64,000 nt of DNA from Mesotaenium endlicherianum (Eukaryota), in NCBI GenBank assembly GCA_009602735.1, contig WELA01001870.1, forward strand, positions 249,399-313,398, read 5' to 3'. Positions 26,301 through 37,997 of the stretch are shown here, in pieces. The first letter of the stretch is position 1; each line of letters begins with the position of its first letter. The position numbers and the translations under genes are program-made. The notes under the pieces are model-generated. The model saw nothing but the letters and a program-made list of their open reading frames with translations, was not told the DNA's origin and did no database searches.

Positions 26301-28059
26301 TCGTCATGAATTGGAGGGAGAGGGGTACAGGTGGGGGGCTGTAATTCCAGGGAAGGGCTCGACATGGCCCATAACCATAACCATGGTCAAAGGAAAGGAG
26401 TGATGGCGCAGGAGGCAGGAACCAGGGCGAAGAGGGAGGCGAGAAAACACAAAGAAGGCGAAGGGGGGCGCNNNNNNNNNNNNNNNNNNNNNNNNNNNNN
26501 NNNNNNNNNNNNNNNNNNNNNNNNNNNNNNNNNNNNNNNNNNNNNNNNNNNNNNNNNNNNNNNNNNNNNNNNNGGGGGAGGGGGGGAGGGATTGTGTGTA
26601 TTGGCGGTAGGTAGGTAGGTAGTAGGTAGGTAAGCAGGCGGGCGGGCGCGTTACATGCGGGAGCGCCTTGGAGCAGCAGCGGTAGGTGTAGAGCACGGCC
26701 TGCATGTCGCGCGCCTCGCCCACCAGCCTCTCCTGCACCCCACCATCGCAGACGCGAGCGCGCACAGATCGCTCGGCACCCGCTTCTGTGACTTCCCTGC
26801 GCAGGCCGGCCCCCAGGGTGGTCCCCTAGCAATGCCTAGCAGTGCCTAGCAATCCCTAGCAGAGCCCTCAGAGGGCCTTGTAGAGGGGCGAGGGGGGGGA
26901 GGGGGGGTAAAGGGCAGGAGGCTTTAACAGGGGGAGGGGCGTGGGGAGAGGAAAGGGGTGAGGAAAGAAGGCCTCTCCTCTGCATTCACCTGCTTCCACC
27001 CGCAGGCGGAGCTGGAGTGCACCAGGCCAGGGCAGGGCAGGCCTGGCCAGGTTAGGTGAGGGGCGAAGCCAAGGACAGGCGCAGGGCAGGCCGGCAGGCT
27101 GGGGACGGGCTGGGGACAGGCTGGGGGCAGGCTGGGGGCGTGGGGCACTCACGAGGTCGTTGATGGCTTCCACGTCCGCTGCCAGGTTGAGCTTGAAGGC
27201 CAGCACATCGCTGTAGCCTGCGCACACCAGGTGTCAAGTCATGGCGAAGCACCACAGGTAAGAGAGCACCTCCTCCTTCTCCTCCTCTTTAAGCCCCCTC
27301 GTGCGACTTAGGGTCACCCGAGGTAGGGTCACCTTAGCTCAGGCTCTCCGAAGTAGGGCTACCTTTGGCTTCACTCAGCAGCTGCTGCTGTTTGTCTCTT
27401 AGGCTAGCTCTTGGCGTGCATGCTCATTGGCCCGGGCCCATTGCCCCTTGCCCCGGGAGGGCCTCGGGAGGGATCCTCCACTTTGGCCCTGCACCGGCTG
27501 CTGCCGTCTTCAAGCATGCATGTCTACTTGCTTACATGCTTGCAGCTGGAGGGGGGTGGCTGAGGGTTGCCTGCTCGGGTGTGTTAGAAGCATCACTTTG
27601 AAGGAATGCAAGCGCATGAGGAGTGGGCATGTCTGCCTTTGTCCCCTAGGAGAGTGCCAGACCTTCGTTACTTCAGGGGTAAAATAAATCAAAGTCAAAG
27701 AGGCTGATCACACAACCTCCCCTTCTCACTTTGTCCCAAAGCAATTCCTGAATTTCCAGAAATTGGAGGGGTAGGGATATGCTAACTGCCCCTTTAACTT
27801 TCCCCGTCATGTATGTATTACAATGCCCAACTCTGAGGAGGGAGTTAAGCCCTCCTTAGAGCTACTTCTTCTTTCTTATCTAAAATGGGATGAATTACAG
27901 CCTTTAGTGTTTTTACAAGAACCAGGCTTGCTTACCTACACCGCTTTCCCTCGAAGAGTCCCAGGCGAGGGCGATAGCCTGCCCCTGTACGTCCGGCTGC
28001 TCATCGTGTTGTGAGAGCTTCAGCAACGTCTCTATAGTAGCCTCGACTGCCGCATTCAT
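5218..28059 (-). CDS. PIR: PIR/SRA1/PIR121 (CYFIP family), SCAR/WAVE regulatory complex subunit; multi-exon, a few exons lost in N-gaps
   Basis: Starts '[26 protein letters not shown]...[12 protein letters not shown]...[20 protein letters not shown]', like plant PIR 'EDEQPEVQG...EYSDV...MASILYTYRSCVKALP'. Further CYFIP motifs: '[16 protein letters not shown]', '[13 protein letters not shown]...[13 protein letters not shown]', '[36 protein letters not shown]', '[12 protein letters not shown]', '[18 protein letters not shown]'. Exons read from splice sites: 27936-28059, 27153-27217, 26655-26732, ~25740-25847, 23386-23478, 21893-21957, 20835-21033, 20004-20143, 19359-19452, 18211-18609, 16934-17114, 16459-16621, 15368-15444, 14846-15022, 14328-14404, 13561-13669, 12800-12919, 11335-11478, 9974-10126, 8807-8897, 8144-8271, 7244-7460, 6506-6678, 5980-6255, 5218-5457 (TGA). 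Tentative small exons at 25334-25358 and ~23965-24045. Confidence 0.95.
9014..10611. repeat. ~400-bp near-identical duplicate (9014-9413 and 10212-10611); probable contig placed twice
   Basis: The same sequence recurs at offset 1198. Both copies end at N-gaps and the second begins at the single N at 10211. Confidence 0.85.
11528..12693. repeat. 583-bp direct tandem duplicate around a single N; probable unmerged contig overlap
   Basis: 11528-12109 repeats as 12111-~12693, separated by the N at 12110. The ORF track shows identical ORFs at offset 583. Confidence 0.85.
19453..20003 (-). other. U12-type (minor spliceosome) AT-AC intron in PIR
   Basis: On the minus strand the intron begins ATATCC at 20003, has a CCTTTAAC branch-site motif at 19499-19492 and ends ...GCGCAC at 19453. 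Splicing gives in-frame '[14 protein letters not shown]...[10 protein letters not shown]', collinear with plant PIR. Confidence 0.8.
22620..22727. repeat. Degenerate CCTAGGGG short tandem array
   Basis: Repeated 'ggcctag/cctagggg' units at 22620-22727. Confidence 0.6.
23810..23952 (+). repeat. Interstitial telomere-like array (TTGAGGG/TTAGGG variants)
   Basis: Several tandem GGGTTGA units from 23811, then 'ttaagggtttgggttagagttagg...gggtttgggttt'. TTGAGGG is one substitution from plant TTTAGGG. Confidence 0.6.
24672..24831 (+). pseudogene. Isolated last exon of a PATROL1/DUF810 (Munc13-like) gene, antisense within a PIR intron
   Basis: Encodes '...[36 protein letters not shown]', matching the C-terminal signature of plant PATROL1/DUF810 proteins (TL.RVLCHR.D.EAS.FLKK.YK.P). 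A G-rich CAG acceptor precedes it. No other exons of this gene are recognisable in the window. Confidence 0.75.
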
Positions 28060-29208
28060 GATTACGACTCAATACGGCACTTGTGTGCAGCTTACATCAT
28101 GGAAACTACTCTTGAAACCATGCCACCTCGTATCTCCAGCGCCTCTTGCGATTAACCCGAGAAGAAGGAAGTGTCAAGGCCCTGTGCCCGCTAAGTAGGT
28201 ATTATCTAGGACACAATGCGAGCTGTCCCGCTCTGTTGAAACAAAGAGTCACAACGGCTTTGGCGAGTTGTGGATAGTGGTCAATCTTCATATGTTTAAT
28301 CTTATTTCAGTGTTGGTGTCACGTATTTGTGCTCTATGCTCCGAACTTGTGGATTCACGTCCTTTCTGTCGGTATTAAGATAGACTGTCTAGCACAGGTA
28401 GTCACAACGTACAGGTATAATCAGAGGTCTTCTTCGCTATCTCCGACTTCGCACTGCTTCCGAATTGTTGGCTATGTGTATGAACGTGTGAACGTGCATA
28501 TATACCTGCAACGGTTGGGCTTTTTCAAGGGCACTTTAGACTCCGAGTGTTAATGAGGACACTTTCCCTTCCACGACAAATTTTGTATTAGTTGTTTTGC
28601 AATTCTGTACGAATGGAAAGTACTTATCATATATTTTCAATCGAAGGCAAATTGAAAAGTCCGGATTGAGTCGTTCGAAGTGACGATCGGCATCGCTGCG
28701 ACCAAAGAGGCGACAATCGCACGACCAAAAATTTGAGTACTCGGACTAGATCGAAGGTGGTCCGACCTGGACCGACCGGTCGACCACAACATTGTTGACG
28801 TTTCTTTGGATTTTTGCTGTTTAAAAGCAAACATGCAACTGTGTTCCGTGTACGGACATCGATTCCCTGTTCTTTTTTGCAAGTTTGGTCGCGTGAGACG
28901 CTTTGCTGAGGGCGAATATATCAGTCCATGATCATGGCCATTTCGTTCGCAGCAGTTCGTGCACGCACCATAATTCTTAGTTATTTGTGTACTGGTGAGA
29001 ACGACACGGACAATCCTCACCACGTTACGTTGTGATTAAATGGGGTTGAAAGGCTAGAGGGCAGGGGCCGGTACTGGGCCGGAAAAGGCAGAGAATTGCG
29101 TGTCATGGAAGGTCAGGGAAGAGCACTGATCAGGAAGTATATTCAATCATAGAGCCTGGCATTGTGACAATTTAGATTGAAGACGGCGAAATCTGCATAG
29201 GCACGGAC

Positions 29209-32200
29209 ATGATGGCTGGAATCCACTCGTGGCAAGTGATCACGGCAGCAATGTCGGAAAGCCTAAGGCTGAAAGGACTAGACTTAGTGGCTCCTCTGTC
29301 ACTTGCCTGGTACAATGCAGCTGTCCCAGAGAATCTCCACCTGCCTAGCTTCGGCGCTCACGATGAGTTCCAGGGCGAGAGCGAGGGTCCGTCAGGACCA
29401 CAGAACGAGCGCCGGACTGAGCCAGAGCAGGTGGCAGCTTCTCCAGCCGCAGAGACTGGCCAGGCAAAGGAGTCGTGCCTGGGTGTTCTTGTGGGCAACA
29501 CCCGCGTCATTTGGGATCACTTTGTGCGGGCGTATCGGGCCAACGACATGGTTGGTCCTCATTTTTACCCTGAATGTCACATGCACCCTACACCAGCCCG
29601 CTTGCATCCTGCAACCCATGCCAGCTGTCTGATATCTGCTTCAGATCTGCAGACACTTCCGGAACAAATATGTGCATGCAAGTTCACTTGCAGCTGAATA
29701 CGTTGCTCTGACTGATATCTGCATCAGATTGTTGAAAACGCTTTCTTTCCTGACATTCAGATCTTCCAGGACCGACCACTTGTCACTCTAGGTGCATCTC
29801 TGAACCGCAGATCCTGCGATCCAGCGGTGCAGCAGAGCCCATCTGCCACCGGAATCGGTGGTGTCGTTGCGTGAAACGCACTCAAGAGGAGTGCACTCAC
29901 TTAAGATGCACTTATTTGCGATGCTACGATGTAATGGCGTCCTATCTCGTCCGAGTTCCAGCTGGCTGCTCAGAACGAGGGCACGTGGCAGAGGCAGCTG
30001 GCAGCTGCAAACGCACATCGCATGCAGTGTTCAGTATGGCGGCAAAGACAGACGCGCAACAACCCCTCTGGCAAGCTGCTGCAGCACCCTGGCAGGTGGA
30101 GCTAGTGGAGGTGACACTGGAGCAAGGCCGCTGCCAGGTCGCAAAAAAACGCGTGTGCGTGCATAGGCGTGCATGTGCGCGCACGTGCGTGCACGTGCGT
30201 GCATGTGTGTGCCTGCGTGCGTGCGTATGCAGACTGCAGTGTGCATGCGCGTGACTGCAAGTGTGCATGAGCATGATGCAAGCATGCACGTGCGGTACGT
30301 GGGCGTGGGCGTGTGCATGGCATGGCTGTGGGCGTGCGTGTACGTGACTGTGAGTGTGTGTGTGCGCATACGTGGTTGTGGATGTGGGCGTGCGTGTGGG
30401 TGAGACTGATGGCTCCTTGACAGCTGTCTCTTGTTGCCCGCAGGGCCTGCAGGGGGTGCAGCACCCCATCAACACGTACGTTGCTGCAGCCATCTGCGCC
30501 GCTGCCGAGGCTGCCTACCTGGCGTCGCTGTGTCACCTGGAGGACGCCAGCAGAGCACAGTCACAACCTCATGCCCTCACTGGTGGCTCTGCTGGCTCGG
30601 CAGCAGCAGCAGCACCCGTGGCAGCAGCATCAGCGGCAGCAGCAGCAGCAGGAGCAGCGGCAGCTGCGGGTGCAGCAGCAGCAGCGGGAGGAGGAGGAGG
30701 AGGGGACAGGCAGGTGGAGAGGGGTGTGCAGCGGCCGCGGATATTTTGGGCGCACGATACGCAGCCGGGCAAGCTAGTGGCCATCCAGAGGGCCGCCCAT
30801 GTGGCAGGTGAGATGGCTGCAAAAGAGAGAGAGAGAGCGTGGAAAGGAGCAGAAAGTCTCTGCATTTCTCCCCCCCCTTCTTCCTCTCTTTCTCTCTCAC
30901 GCCCACACTCGCACACACGCGCACACACGCACACACATCTGCGCAGGCACGCGCACATGCACGCACATCTGCGCACGCGCGCGCACACGCATGAACGAAC
31001 AAAGCAGCTATCGCAACAAACAGTGCGACCATGTGTACCCTTCCGCACCCGCCCCTGCTGCAGGCAGCACGCAGGCTCTTCAGACTGTGCGAGCGCGATG
31101 TCAGTGCACTTCTTGAACAGAAATTTAAGGCCCACCTGGCAGCAGTGAAGCTTTTGGACGCATGCGCCTGGTAGTTCCCAGACTTCTAAGAGAGCCTGCT
31201 CCGTGCGCAGACGGGCAGGGGGGCCCGCACAGAGGTCAGCATTGGGAGGGCAGCACACAAGTTTCCCCGAGACCCCCTCCCCCGCCGCCTCGACAACCCC
31301 CCCCCCTCCCGNCGCCCCCTCAAATGCGTGTTCTCCAAGGTCAACATTGGCACCCCCTGCTCAGGAGCCGCGGGTGGCCTTCTCGAGGTTCTGCTGGAGT
31401 TGCGGGTAGGGGTCTACTTGGTGCAGGCCGAAGTCCAGGGTGTGGGTCTAAGGTCTAGGTCTAGGCCTAGGGTCTAGAGTCTGAGTCTAGGGCCTAGGTC
31501 TGAGTCTAGGGACTAGGACTGGGCTTAAGGCATATGGTCTAGGTCTAGGTCTAGGGCCTATGGTCTAGGTCCAGGGTCTAGGTCTGGGTCTAGATCTAGG
31601 TGTAGGGTTAGCATGCATCATGACTCCTGCATTTCCAGCCCGCCTGCCAGGGAGGGGAAGTGGAAGGCTGTTGCCTCTGTCCTGCCATCATCGCGTGTGC
31701 AAGCGGAGTAGGTGGCATCACTGCGAGCTTCTCTTGCGTTCCTCAGAGGGATCCAGTGCCAGCTAGTGGGCTGGGCCAGGTCCGGAGGCCCACACCTCGC
31801 AAGCGTGCGCGTGCGCGTGCGCTTGGGTGCGCGGGCTCGCGCACTGCGTCCACGTGCCTGTTTGCCTATTGGCCTGTCAGCCCATCCGCTTGTCTGGCAC
31901 ATATATACCAACCAGCTCACTCTAATTCATTGATTGGACCTCCGGGGATCCTTCCACACCCTCGGATATGAGCCATCTGCGGCTCCCGGCGTAGAGCTGC
32001 GCACACGCCTGCCCCCCCGTGCCTTCTGCCAAGTCGAAGGAGGCGCACCCGTGCATCATCGGTTGCTGCGCTGCTCGTGCGCAGCCAGGAGGCTAGCCCT
32101 ATAGGGAAGCTCTCAGCTGAGAGCCCACTCTCCACACACGCTCTTATGCGCTGATACCCCGAATGCTGCGCTTGCACCACGTCACTCAACTCACCTTCAT

Positions 32201-33783
32201 GCTGCAGCTTTCTCTTTGCCGGCGCTCACTGTAAAGGATCGGCTGAGACGGGGCGGCTCTCTGCGAGAGGCATGTGCGCCTCTGTGCGCGTGCCGGCGTC
32301 GGCCAAAATTGCACGGGGCCCACTGCAAACACCTGTCCGAAGAAACGTTAAAATCAGTAGCAGCTCGACCCCCATATTCTTGCCCCAAAACCCTATCTTT
32401 CAGCCCCAATTATAATCCTATCTTCACCCTACCCAACACCGTTCCCTAGCCCACCCTTAACCCCTTGCCCACTTTAACCCTGAATTGAATTGCGACATTG
32501 CAATCATCCCCAGAGATGTTCACCATGGACCCTAATCACCTCGAGCACAAAGCACAGCCTGTTCTCATCCTCAGCCTCAACCCTGACGCCGACTGAACCG
32601 TCAAGCCCGCAACACGGTGCCCGCTCGCCCTGACACTCTTGCACGCTCCCCTCTCCTCCTTACTCCGCTCCACCGCCGCCGCCACCGCCGCCGCCGCCGC
32701 TGCTGCTGCTGCTGCTGCTGCCGGCTGCCGTGGGTGCTGCAGGGATGGCGTATCTGGACAAGGTGTCCCACCTGTGCATGCACCCGCAGGCGGGGCCGTG
32801 GTTCTCTTTGCGCGCGCTCGTCCTGTTCGATGCCGACCCTCCGCCCACAAGGCCGCCGGTAAGCGCGCCAGACGTACGGCCAAGAGGGGCTAGGGGCAGA
32901 AGAAGCCCAAGTTGTCCGTCTGTTGCCGACAGGTGGCGGCGACGAGCGACGGTGGGCTGAAAGTGTTTATGCATGTGTGTCTGTGCGTGTGCGTGTGCGC
33001 GTGTGTGTGTGAATGTCTATTTGTGTGTGTGTGTGTGTGTGTATGTGTGTGTCTCTATAGGGGTGACTGGTGTATAGTGCGTGGTGTGTGTATGTGTGTG
33101 TGTGTATGGATGTGATGTGTGTGTGTGTGTGTGTGTGTGTGCACACGCGCATGTGTGTGTGTTTGTGCTTGTTCCGACTTCCATCAAAGCAACGCCCTTG
33201 GGCAGGTTTGACTTGCTGTTATCATCGTGGATTCATAAACCTGGCACTCGCTAAAGCCCCAGAGAGGAGCTCCAAGTCAAGCTGCGTGTTGGGCTTTACT
33301 CCGCAGTCGTAACCCTAACCCGGAATATGCCCCTAGCAAGAACCCCAGCCCTCCCCGTACTTGATCCTCAGCTGAATCCTTACCTGAAGTCTACTAATGA
33401 CCCTACCCTTAGCCAGCGTCTGGCCCCGACCCTGGCCCCGACCCCGGCCCCGATTCTCAGCTTAACCCTAATTGCACTCCTCTTTCACTTTCTGTCTCCA
33501 CCGCCTCTTAGAATTCGCATTTCTTGCCGGCCTACCCGTCGGCGCGGCCGCCCGTTCTCGCCACATGGTGTCCGGCCACGTCAGCGCGCAGGGCCATGTC
33601 TGCGTGACGAGTGACACGCACTCTGGAGCCAGGCAGTGGGAAGCTCGCAGCTGACGAGCGGGTGTATCTGGGGCAGGCGCTTTCTGGGGCAGGGGCATAT
33701 GTTGGACGCTTGCGGGGCCCCCACATGCTTCTCGTTCTTGTGATGCTTCTAGAGGAGCCAGGTGGCGGTTGGTTGGATACGCG

Positions 33784-33815
<32 letters not shown>

Positions 33816-35579
33816 CATGGCAGGCATGGCAGCAGGGGGCCTGCACTCTTGACCCTTGTGTACGAAGTCCACATCAATTTCCACGTGACTGCGCTGCAAC
33901 ATTAGAGCATTTCGGAGCCTCCATCCTCTGGCACGCCTCTGTTAGCACTGCACTACATTTTCTAGTCAATGATTCTTCTCTCTGGCCCTCCTCCCCCGCC
34001 TCTCCTCCCCGCCTCTCCAACCCGCACACGCACGTGCAAGTTTGCTCGTCGGCTCACTTACACGCATGCTTGCATGCTCGCATGCATGCGTCTTGTTTTC
34101 TTGGGTTCTTGGGGCGGGCGAGGGAAGCAGCAACTGAGAAACTTTTTGAGCGCGGAGACGCAGAGCAGGGTGAAGGCAGCCATGGCCAGAGCGCTGACAG
34201 CTCCTCTTGGGGCCACTCACGACGACTGCTCGGCGAACGGCAGCGCCCAACCTGGCCCCTTTGAGCACTCCGGCAGTAAGTTTCGGGCCACCACTTGTCG
34301 CCTCCCTGGCCTGCCACGTAGCCGCAGCCTGTGTATTAAACACAAAATGTTATCATCTGAAGTATTCAACACGAAGTGTTATATCATCTCTCGTAACAGC
34401 CATGTGCTTGCATCCCTGACTGTCGGGCTCCAAGACTTGCTGACACATGTCGGAAGCAGGCCTCCCTGCAGCTAGCGCTGGCATTTCTCTCACGTAGTGG
34501 GACTGTGCCTTCGCCCTCGCCCTTGCCTTGGTCAGAGTCACTCCCTGCTTCTTATCTCGCAGCCATAGTTCTAATCCCATCATCACCTTCATCTTCAGGC
34601 TCTCGCGCCTGATTGCGGGAGAAGATGGAAAGTCCTCAGTGCCCAAGAGAATGCTCCTTGGGTTGTCGATCGAGTGCCCGTGGGGGGTGGTGCAGCCCCG
34701 ACACTGTGCATGCTCTCCTCCTTTCTCTGAGTCAGGAGCTGCTTGCCCTCGTGCCCACGTGCTCACCACACGTATGCTTAGTAAGATTGCCGGATTGCTT
34801 AGCCCCTCGACACAAGAGTACACATCTGGATGCCTCTACACATGCGAAATGCTGCCACATGTGCGAACTTTGCCTGGCACGAGAGGCCTGAGTTGACATC
34901 CCTGTGTGCGCGTACTTGCTGTATGTATGTGTTGGGGGGGGGGANNNNNNNNNNNNNNNNNNNNNNNNNNNNNNNNNNNNNNNNNNNNNNNNNNNNNNNN
35001 NNNNNNNNNNNNNNNNNNNNNNNNNNNNNNNNNNNNNNNNNNNNNNNNNNNNNNNNNNNNNNNNNNNNNNNNNNNNNNNNNNNNNNNNNNNNNNNNNNNN
35101 NNNNNNNNNNNNNNNNNNNNNNNNNNNNNNNNNNNNNNNNNNNNNNNNNNNNNNNNNNNNNNNNNNNNNNNNNNNNNNNNNNNNNNNNNNNNNNNNNNNN
35201 NNNNNNNNNNNNNNNNNNNNNNNNNNNNNNNNNNNNNNNNNNNNNNNNNNNNNNNNNNNNNNNNNNNNNNNNNNNNNNNNNNNNNNNNNNNNNNNNNNNN
35301 NNNNNNNNNNNNNNNNNNNNNNNNNNNNNNNNNNNNNNNNNNNNNNNNNNNNNNNNNNNNNNNNNNNNNNNNNGGAGGGGGGGGCGGGCACGGGGGCAAC
35401 GTGAAACAGGCATGCAAAAGTGGAGGCTCTGGCTGGCGGTGAGAGACGCCATAGACCCGTCGTCGGCGTGGCGCTTCTCGGAGGAGCAGATAGAGTACCA
35501 CTACCGCAATGACAGGAGCCTGCTCTCACGCCTTCTGGAGAAGCCCGATAGGGGCGAGCGCGAGCGGGCAGCTACATGA
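29209..35579 (+). CDS. MMACHC/CblC-like cobalamin (vitamin B12) processing protein; 5 exons, ~378 aa
   Basis: Exons 29209-29550, 30444-30807, 32743-32858, 34131-34275 and 35410-35579 splice in frame, all GT-AG. Motifs 'GLDLVAPLSLAWYN', 'LGVLVGNTRVIW', 'HPINTYV', 'VAIQRAAHVAGMAY', 'CMHPQAGPWFSLRALV', 'WLAVRD...RFSEEQIEYHY' parallel MMACHC 'AWYN', 'QTAAHVAGAAY', 'CIHPRFGGWFAIRG', 'YRD...YSEEQKAYF'. Confidence 0.88.
31438..31612 (+). repeat. Degenerate hexamer/heptamer satellite (TCTAGG, TCTAGGG), telomere-like
   Basis: Many 'gtctag(g)' units in tandem within intron 2 of the MMACHC-like gene. Confidence 0.7.
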
Positions 35580-37997
35580 GCATGACATTGACCGGAGGAC
35601 CGACGGTGCGTGCAGGGAGGGAGGAGTGCGACAGTGCACGCCTCCTGGCAGGCACAAGCTGGCGCCAGGCTTGTCTGCCTCCTCTCGCCTTTGGAACTGA
35701 GCGAGCCTGTCACGCGTTTGTGATTACCCCTGGCTCCTGGCGCACACCGCAAGGTCAACAAACCCCTGTGCACATCCTTTTTCTTATAGACAATATACCA
35801 CCAATACATATATATATATCCCTCTCTCTCTCACACACACACACGCAGACACACACACGCACACACGCACTCTTTGCATTTGGTAAATGCAGGCATTCCC
35901 TCGTCTTATCGGGTCAGGACACTCTCCCTGCTGCCGATTGGCGTCTGGCGTTTGGAGGTGCACGGCAGCGCTGCATGCTCAGGGCTTCTGTGCATAGGTT
36001 TGGCCCTTCCTTTCTCGGGCTCATGGCGCTAAGTCTTTCATGGCTTTGCACAGCCGACCACATATAGGTGTATTCTTGTTTTTGCGACACTTAGCCGGAG
36101 GCTCTTCAAGATTGTGAGCAACTCGAGGTGATGTGCAATAGAAGGATGTGGCATAGCTGGAGAGAGCGCGCGCCGCACTGTCCTGTTATGCACAAGTTCC
36201 TGAGAATGATTTTGGCATTATGAGCGCTGTAGAAACCGAGGACAGGAGCTCATTATCGGGTATGGCCTTCCTGCATCGCTCGCTGGCTATCAGCCGAGAG
36301 AAGTCTTTTTTGTATGTTCCTCCCACTCATTATTGTACCTGCACCCAATCTTCCGGGCTCTCGACGTGTGTGGACCATCATGTTGGGCATTATAAAGTTT
36401 CTCAAGTAGTGCTACCAAGATTAGTCTAAAAAATAAGCATCTCATACTCATTGTAAGTTCAAAGAAAAATTTTGCAGCAGCCCCTTTCGTCAGACATAAC
36501 CCAGCTGAGGCCGGGGCACGCAACCCTAGTCATTTTTGTCCACAACAATCCTAGCTCTTGGCACGCCTCTGATCTCCCGGATTCACTATGGTCTCGCGCA
36601 ACTGAAGGTAGGAAACTAGAGACAGCTACGCATGCATTGATGTCCCGAGCACCTTCGTCATGGAGTCAGTGAGAGACATTGTTCCCAAGATGCAAGAGCA
36701 CTCCATCGTCCTTGCCATCCCTACGTCACTCGTAGACAAAGTAATCTTGGACTGGCTGATACATCCTAACAAGAGCCTGAGCATGAGCTTAACTGAGCCG
36801 CCTGTGCAACGAGCTGTCCAAAATGCCGGAAAGAAGGGGGCAGGCGCCACGCGCTAAGCACACTGGAAGAAGAGGAGGCACACACAGTTTTCAACTATTG
36901 CAGACCCCTTTCACGGAAGTCTGCACTAGGCTCGCTTCCTTGCAGCAGTCGTCGACCTGCAGGGAGACACACCGTCAGAACGTTCATTCCAGGAGCATAC
37001 ACCCGGACTATGACACTCAAAATGAACTCTAGCAAGGGCCCACAGGCAGATGAAAGTTTCGCAGATCAAAGCTTGAACCGCGTCAGGTGCTGACCCTCTT
37101 AGATGTCGCACAGCACGGACTCAGTGATTAGGATGGGGGGAAAAATTACAAGTGGCAAGTGGATGCCACCAGCTGTCACCCAACCGAAGGTGAGAGCAAA
37201 GAAAGCGGACATCTCAAGAAGCGGAACGGAAGGTATAGCAAAATGGGTTTCAACAGATTCAGCTATTTGCCGGGCTCATACGCCTGTCTCTACTTTTAGA
37301 CCTCGACCCACACATAGGTGTCGCCTTGGCCCTGAGTAGACAGTTGTCACACACAAAAAATCTGGAAGCTCTCCATGCTGCCCCATAACTCCTATATAGC
37401 AGAGGAGCGACGGAGCTGCAGGGATGCCCCTTGCGAGCGTGGTCTAATTCACACTGCCGCTTCCGGGCCTGAGCCTGGGGGATGACGTCCACCACATTTC
37501 CAAGGGCGGGTGGGACAGGAGTAGGACAGCCGGGTCAGCGAGACAAACATAAAGGCACTCTCTCACACTGACACCAATAACATTTCAAAGCACAGCGTAT
37601 TGCCCCCCTGACCGGAACAGGAAATGCTACATTTGGTTCCTCCTTGAAGTCACATACTCCAAATTCCTACCCAATATCTCCCTTGTTGAAGGCCCCCATG
37701 GGAGCTGTACGCGGATCGCATGAATACAGGAGACTATGTTGCCCCGGGCACACATGTCCAGCCTCTGCAGGCTTTAGAACCCGCAGCCATGTGCCCGCAG
37801 CCGTCGGCAGCAAAACTGGGGCCGGCGTCGGGGCGGCGGCTCTGGCCAAACCAGAGATGGGGGCAAGCAGAGAGGGCGAGCGCGGCAGGTACGGGCGAGA
37901 GTGCGAGGCAGAGAGCTAGGCGGGTTGTTCTTCTGTTGGGGCTTAGGGCTTTACAGCTCAGGGTTATTTGATGGGCAGGCGGGTTGCCAAGCTCCTC

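Noticed and set aside
34830..35529. Long ORFs spanning N-gaps (also 22.8-23.7, 40.0-40.8 and 48.8-49.7 kb)
   Set aside because: Their length is an artefact of Ns translated as X.
36500..37500. Short ORFs between the MMACHC-like and TSC10 3' ends
   Set aside because: There are no recognisable motifs or consistent exon chain; probably UTR, intergenic or decayed sequence.
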